Source: Amphiscolops sp. MND2022
Taxonomy: Eukaryota
Length of the DNA stretch: 64,000 nucleotides
Direction: 5' to 3'
Assembly: GCA_964187785.1 (NCBI GenBank)
Contig: OZ076410.1
Span: 19,530,001 to 19,594,000 of the forward strand
Of this stretch, positions 62,944 through 64,000 are shown one piece after another. Both the position numbers and the translations under genes were made by a program. The notes below the pieces were generated by a model, which made no database searches, was not told where the DNA came from, and saw only the letters and a list, made by a program, of their open reading frames with translations. The first letter of the stretch is position 1. Every line of letters starts with the position of its first letter.

Positions 62944-63539
62944 CACCACCATCTAGTATCAGTCCGACAATATGTCAGATCTGATCCTGCAACTAAAATC
63001 ATTCACGAATACCAACAACACTTGATGGGGTATCCCTCTGTTGTCTGGCAGCAACAGATGGAAAAAGCAACTATTATCACGTATCATAACAGCCATTTGT
63101 ACCAAAAACCAAATCCCATTTGGGACCCTAACTACACCACAAACTTTACCACCCGATTCAGGACCACTCCCCTCATCGATGACTACAACCCGACATACAT
63201 CGATCCATACTATGGCAGAGACCCCCATGAAATCTACTACCAGGACTTGCTGCAATTCCAACACAACCTTGATGATATTGAAGTCTACCAGAGATCAGCG
63301 CACGAAAGACCTCCAACAACGCAAAACAAGAAAATGAGAGTACTTATCGAAAACTGGCAAATAATTGACGGGACAAGTCATTCCGTCTTCCCGAATCCTT
63401 AGGGAACTGAGAACAATGAGTCTACAGCAGACACCGTACCTCAGTCCCTATTAGATGAAAAACAATTTCAAAACAATCTCGTCAGCGAAGAAGGTGAACC
63501 TGACTGTATACCACTCCCTACCATTACCATTCTCAAATG

Positions 63540-63900
63540 CAAGATACGCATGCTGTACTCCCCAATGGACTTTGGGGAACTATCCATTGACGGCCTGATT
63601 GACACTGGTGCCTTGTCCAATGGCTACTTGCTCCACGATCAGTTATCCCAAAAGGTCCTCCTCCAATCTTCCAGATAATGGTCGCTAATGGACAATCAGA
63701 AACCCCTAAAAGTAACATTGAATTGAAATTCGAGGTTGGTGACATAGAGTTCCATGAACTCTTCAACATAATGGAGACTCTAAAGGTACAAACAATTGGA
63801 CTATTGTTTCTTCAGAGAAGTCATACAGTACTGGATATGGGACAAGGCATCTTGAATTTCCCATTCTTCTCGATGCAGCTCACACGGTTGACCATCTATA
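63540..63900 (+). pseudogene. pol: Retropepsin (start of pol), frameshifted; element continues beyond the window
   Basis: GLIDTGALS (63592-63618) and C-terminal IGLLFL..ILNF; style typical of Ty3/Gypsy proteases. Confidence 0.85.
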
Positions 63901-64000
63901 TTCCAATGTCCTTGAACCATTGCTCAATCCTACCGAAATAATCATTCCGCCGAATGACAGAGTCCTCGTGACAGAGTCCCAACAGTATCCTGAAAATCAT

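Overview
AT-rich eukaryotic (probably invertebrate animal; species cannot be determined here) genomic DNA made almost entirely of nested, decayed transposons. Nearly all ORFs in the supplied track are spurious or are broken TE reading frames. The only clear host coding sequence is the first exon of a rhodopsin-like GPCR (57678-58111, minus), plus a probable transmembrane-coding terminal exon (1778-1937, minus). The most striking system is a set of three related long LTRs: two solo LTRs with 5-bp TSDs (3411-4701, 20670-22316) and the 5' LTR of a Ty3/Gypsy-like element running off the right edge (60090-64000). All three begin with a covarying 9-bp terminal hairpin, share a 15-bp U3 motif, and encode about 200 aa inside the LTR. 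That ORF appears to read through the LTR end and PBS into gag. Also present: a deleted Helentron (Rep N-part plus AP endonuclease) with about ten non-autonomous HINE/DINE-1-like elements or termini, several of which carry tRNA T-arm/B-box motifs; at least four MITE families with CCC...GGG ends and 2-bp TSDs; Tc1-like, hAT, foldback and GG-ended MITEs; a near full-length degenerate CR1/L2-type LINE; and further Gypsy pol relics. All calls are by eye from motifs; no database search was run.
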